Part shown: in pieces, positions 61,523-64,000 of the stretch | Layout: the number at the start of each line of letters is the position of its first letter | How positions within the stretch are numbered: position 1 is the first letter of the stretch | Origin: Escherichia coli | GTDB taxonomy: Bacteria > Pseudomonadota > Gammaproteobacteria > Enterobacterales > Enterobacteriaceae | Assembly: GCF_024223415.1 (NCBI RefSeq) | Contig: NZ_CP100500.1 | Direction: 5' to 3' (one strand) | DNA: 64,000 nucleotides | Translations under genes and position numbers: made by a program | The notes under the pieces: generated by a model | Told to the model about the DNA's origin: nothing | The model's database searches: none | The model's input: the letters and a program-made list of their open reading frames with translations, nothing else

Positions 61523-61818
61523 TTTTTACCCCTGAATACGTTAAGCATCTTTTTTATTTCCTGAATATTGGCGCGTGCTTTCTCCCTGCTGGTTGGTTTA
61601 CTGCGGGGCGCTGCCTGTACCAGAGAAAAATCACGCCGGAACTGATAAACAGGCATCACGCAATCATATTCGTAGCCTTCACGGCGGTAAGTGATGCGCC
61701 GTTCCTCCACGCCTTTAATCGTTACCGTGCCGCCGTACTGGTCGCGGTAAATATCGCCGTTCATAAATTCAGGCCGAGCGGGGCCGCTGGCATTAACGCC
61801 AGTATTTTTCATTCCCAT
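61519..61818 (-). CDS. Small conserved protein upstream of primase
   Basis: 99 aa; motif RITYRREGYEYDCVMPVYQFRRDF shared with prophage ORF 26460-26681. Confidence 0.45.
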   Translation of the reverse strand: MGMKNTGVNASGPARPEFMNGDIYRDQYGGTVTIKGVEERRITYRREGYEYDCVMPVYQFRRDFSLVQAAPRSKPTSREKARANIQEIKKMLNVFRGKK

Positions 61819-61822
61819 ATAA

Positions 61823-62065
61823 TTAAATTCCGTTTGTGTGGTGTTTTAATTCGTCAATTTTTTCTAATGCTTTGTTTATCTTGCTGGTGGAAATATCCAG
61901 CAATTCAGAAATAGCAAATATAAGTCTTGCCGTTGATTCATCTCTTTCGTTGTTTGACAGCAATTGAAACCACACGTTTGTAATTTCAATTGCCGAATTA
62001 TTATAGGTTATTGCACTGTTCATGTATTCCGACACCTCTGCAAGCGAAAGTTTATTATTCTCCAT
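61823..62065 (-). CDS. Hypothetical protein
   Basis: 80 aa ORF in tightly packed minus-strand operon. Confidence 0.3.
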   Translation of the reverse strand: MENNKLSLAEVSEYMNSAITYNNSAIEITNVWFQLLSNNERDESTARLIFAISELLDISTSKINKALEKIDELKHHTNGI

Positions 62066-62246
62066 AACGTTCTACCCTCTCATCAATTAACCACAGTGCA
62101 ACACTTCCTGACAGTCTTGCCAGAAGGCCAGCTAATGCGGATATATCATCATCATTTAATTTATTAGGGTACGCTTCAAGAAGTCTGCAAATAATTTCGG
62201 TTTGGTGGGCGCGTTCAGCGGCTTCGTGTAATGTAATTTCCTTCAT
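62055..62246 (-). CDS. Hypothetical protein
   Basis: 63 aa ORF, overlapping neighbours. Confidence 0.3.
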   Translation of the reverse strand: MKEITLHEAAERAHQTEIICRLLEAYPNKLNDDDISALAGLLARLSGSVALWLIDERVERYGE

Positions 62247-62431
62247 TAATGCACCTCTTTTAATTCATACACTGCTGAAATAATGACTTGTGATAAGCCA
62301 TATTCTGATGATTCGCTTCTCACCGCAGCAATAGCCGTCTGAACATTAACAGCCTTCACATTCTGAGCGATACCAATTGTGTGGCCTAGTGGGTTAACAG
62401 CTCGGGCAAATACACGGAAGGTTTTAAGCAT
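62246..62431 (-). CDS. Hypothetical protein
   Basis: 61 aa ORF, overlapping neighbours. Confidence 0.3.
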   Translation of the reverse strand: MLKTFRVFARAVNPLGHTIGIAQNVKAVNVQTAIAAVRSESSEYGLSQVIISAVYELKEVH

Positions 62432-62831
62432 GGCGCACCCCCTGAATAACCTGATATCCGCAACTGGTCAGCAATTCGATAAATTCCGGCAGAGTGCCAA
62501 AACAGCAATCAGTGCGTAGCTGTTCGCAGGATACCTCAACGCCGTTTTCGTAATGGCTCACTATGCGCCCGGTAAAATGCGGATCATCATCGTGATGGCA
62601 CGTTGACGGTTTCATCAGCCGCGCGCGTTCCGCCAGTTCCAGCAATGCTTCAACGCTTCCGGCAATTGCACCATCCGGCAGGTGATAATTACTTACTACG
62701 CGTCCATTCTCTACATTGACCAGTAGCTGTCCGGTAAATTTCTCACGAAACTGAACGCGGTTAAGATCGGTAAGTGACAGGTTAATCATGGCACACCTCC
62801 TGACGAATACGGGCGGCGAATACAGCGACAC
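62424..62831 (-). CDS. Hypothetical protein
   Basis: 135 aa ORF at head of the minus-strand operon. Confidence 0.35.
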   Translation of the reverse strand: MSLYSPPVFVRRCAMINLSLTDLNRVQFREKFTGQLLVNVENGRVVSNYHLPDGAIAGSVEALLELAERARLMKPSTCHHDDDPHFTGRIVSHYENGVEVSCEQLRTDCCFGTLPEFIELLTSCGYQVIQGVRHA

Positions 62832-63172
62832 AACCGGACGGGCAACGGTTACGCGCTTCGCGTTCTGTCCAGGCGGTCACGTGGATAATTTGAGATTCTC
62901 CGGCACTCAGTGCCAGAAAACGCCACACAAAGGCGGTTTGTGTGTGCGCAAGGCGTGGGGTATGCTGTGTTCCAGCCATAATCGTTACCTCAATTAATGG
63001 TTTGGTTAGAAGCCCGTTGGTGTTCATAGCGCCAGCGGGCTTTGTCTTTTCATCGATTACCTCAATAAAGGTGTCAGCCACTATACTAGTAACAGGTGTC
63101 AGCCACGTCAATAGTGTTTTTCCATTTTCTTGTGTGTATACTGTCAGCCACCTAATAACAAGGAAATCAGAT

Positions 63173-63352
63173 ATGGCAACGAAAGCAGTTAATGGAAAAT
63201 CCAAAAAACTTGAGGCACGAGTCCCCCATGCAATAGCTGACGCTTTAGAAAATTTAAAGGAAGAAGGCGAAAGCACTGGGCAATTTATCGTTTCGGCACT
63301 TGAAGGCGAGATCAAACGCCGCCAGCGCCGGAAGGCCAAAGAATCAGAATAA
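63173..63352 (+). CDS. Small basic protein (possible DNA-binding regulator)
   Basis: 59 aa from MATKAVNGKSKKLEARVPHAIADALENLKEEG...; divergent from the minus-strand operon. Confidence 0.35.
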   Translation: MATKAVNGKSKKLEARVPHAIADALENLKEEGESTGQFIVSALEGEIKRRQRRKAKESE

Positions 63353-63409
63353 TCACTATCAGCGCCGTGGTGTGAGGTACTGCGGCGCATTGTTTTAAAG
63401 GTGATAATT

Positions 63410-63601
63410 ATGAATAACCAAGAACTACAAAATAAAGCATTATCAATTATCATGCGCCAGCGTGAGAAAACCCGCAGGGAAATAAATAAGGCATTAACCC
63501 GCACTGAAAATCTTAAAGTTCCTGATAAGTTCGCCCTTGATCCTTTTGTCGAGAAATACCCTCGGCGCTTAAAAGCAAACAAAAACCGCCCACCTGGCTG
63601 A
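63410..63601 (+). CDS. Hypothetical small protein
   Basis: 63 aa ORF followed by an intrinsic terminator. Confidence 0.3.
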   Translation: MNNQELQNKALSIIMRQREKTRREINKALTRTENLKVPDKFALDPFVEKYPRRLKANKNRPPG

Positions 63602-63635
63602 CAATCCACCAGCAAGCCAGGACACTGATCACATT

Positions 63636-63663
63636 GGCCACCGTGACAGGTGGCCTTTTCTTT
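63636..63663 (+). terminator. Intrinsic terminator
   Basis: GGCCACC-GTGACA-GGTGGCC hairpin followed by TTTTCTTT. Confidence 0.5.
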
Positions 63664-64000
63664 GCCCGTTATCCGGCAATTGTGGCGCTTCGCCACACGG
63701 TTGATATAATCCCACTGCTCATATTCATTTTTTGCGCAGTAGGTTAATTGTTCAGAAAGGCGGCTCCTTATCGGGGCCGCTTTTTTTATGTCTGAAAAAC
63801 CGCGATTTTGTTGTTTTTCAGTTTCACAAGGCCGAACGAAGCCCCGCCCCTGTTCGGGCGTATATCCAGTCTTCATGGTTAAATCTCTGTATTAGTGGAT
63901 GGGTGGCGGCTGTGTGCCGCCAGTCTTTTTAGTGAACTGCCTCGCAGCTTTCCTTCCATGCCAGAACTTCGGATAAAGACCAGCCAACGGAACGACCGCC

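Larger units (their letters stand above)
54231..64000 (-). mobile_element. Second integrated element: phage satellite-like (PICI-like) island, truncated by right window edge
   Basis: Primase/helicase + iteron origin + SSB + capsid/decoration genes + Nu1-like HTH + small regulators, inserted directly after allC where allE would be expected. Confidence 0.55.

Noticed and set aside
62782-63876. 364-aa minus-strand ORF spanning the right end of the island
   Set aside because: Low-complexity translation running antisense across two plus-strand small genes with their own terminators and across the divergent promoter region; treated as a spurious long frame.

Overview
This window reads as an Escherichia coli-type chromosome segment with three parts, inferred from ORF translations and sequence motifs only (no database search was run). 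(1) 1-33521: most of a lambdoid prophage integrated at tRNA-Arg(UCU) argU, continuing past the left window edge. Its late operon is on the minus strand: near-lambda-identical tail genes (J fragment, I, K, L, M, H, G/T, V, U, Z), a non-lambda head module (ClpP-like protease fused to capsid, portal, W-like, lambda-type terminase), then a lysis cassette (S21-like holin, SAR endolysin, Rz/Rz1), Q with a downstream terminator, a nin-like block (DUF968, KilA-N, RusA, N6-adenine methyltransferase), an O-like replication gene with internal iterons, and a YdaT/YdaS(Cro)/CI immunity region. The plus strand carries YfdP/Q/R-like early-left genes, Xis and an IntD-type integrase interrupted by an in-frame TAG. 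AT-rich cargo sits at four hotspots: between Rz and terminase, inside the lysis cassette, between Q and holin (AraC regulator, DUF523-DUF1722 protein, Blc-like lipocalin), and antisense between cI and the early-left genes next to a structured GC-rich leader. (2) 33537-54230: core genes argU, fimZ, sfmFHDCA, folD, ybcJ, ybcI, cysS, ppiB, lpxH, purEK, a REP cluster, ybcF, ylbF, ylbE, fdrA, allD, allC. (3) 54231-64000: a second, compact mobile element running off the right edge, with a primase/SF3-helicase next to an iteron origin, an SSB, lambda gpE/gpD-like capsid and decoration genes, a Nu1-like HTH protein and a repeat-dense end region. I read it as a phage satellite (PICI-like) of unusual composition and rank it the strongest candidate for something undescribed, followed by the antisense immunity-region gene and the gene pair inside the lysis cassette.
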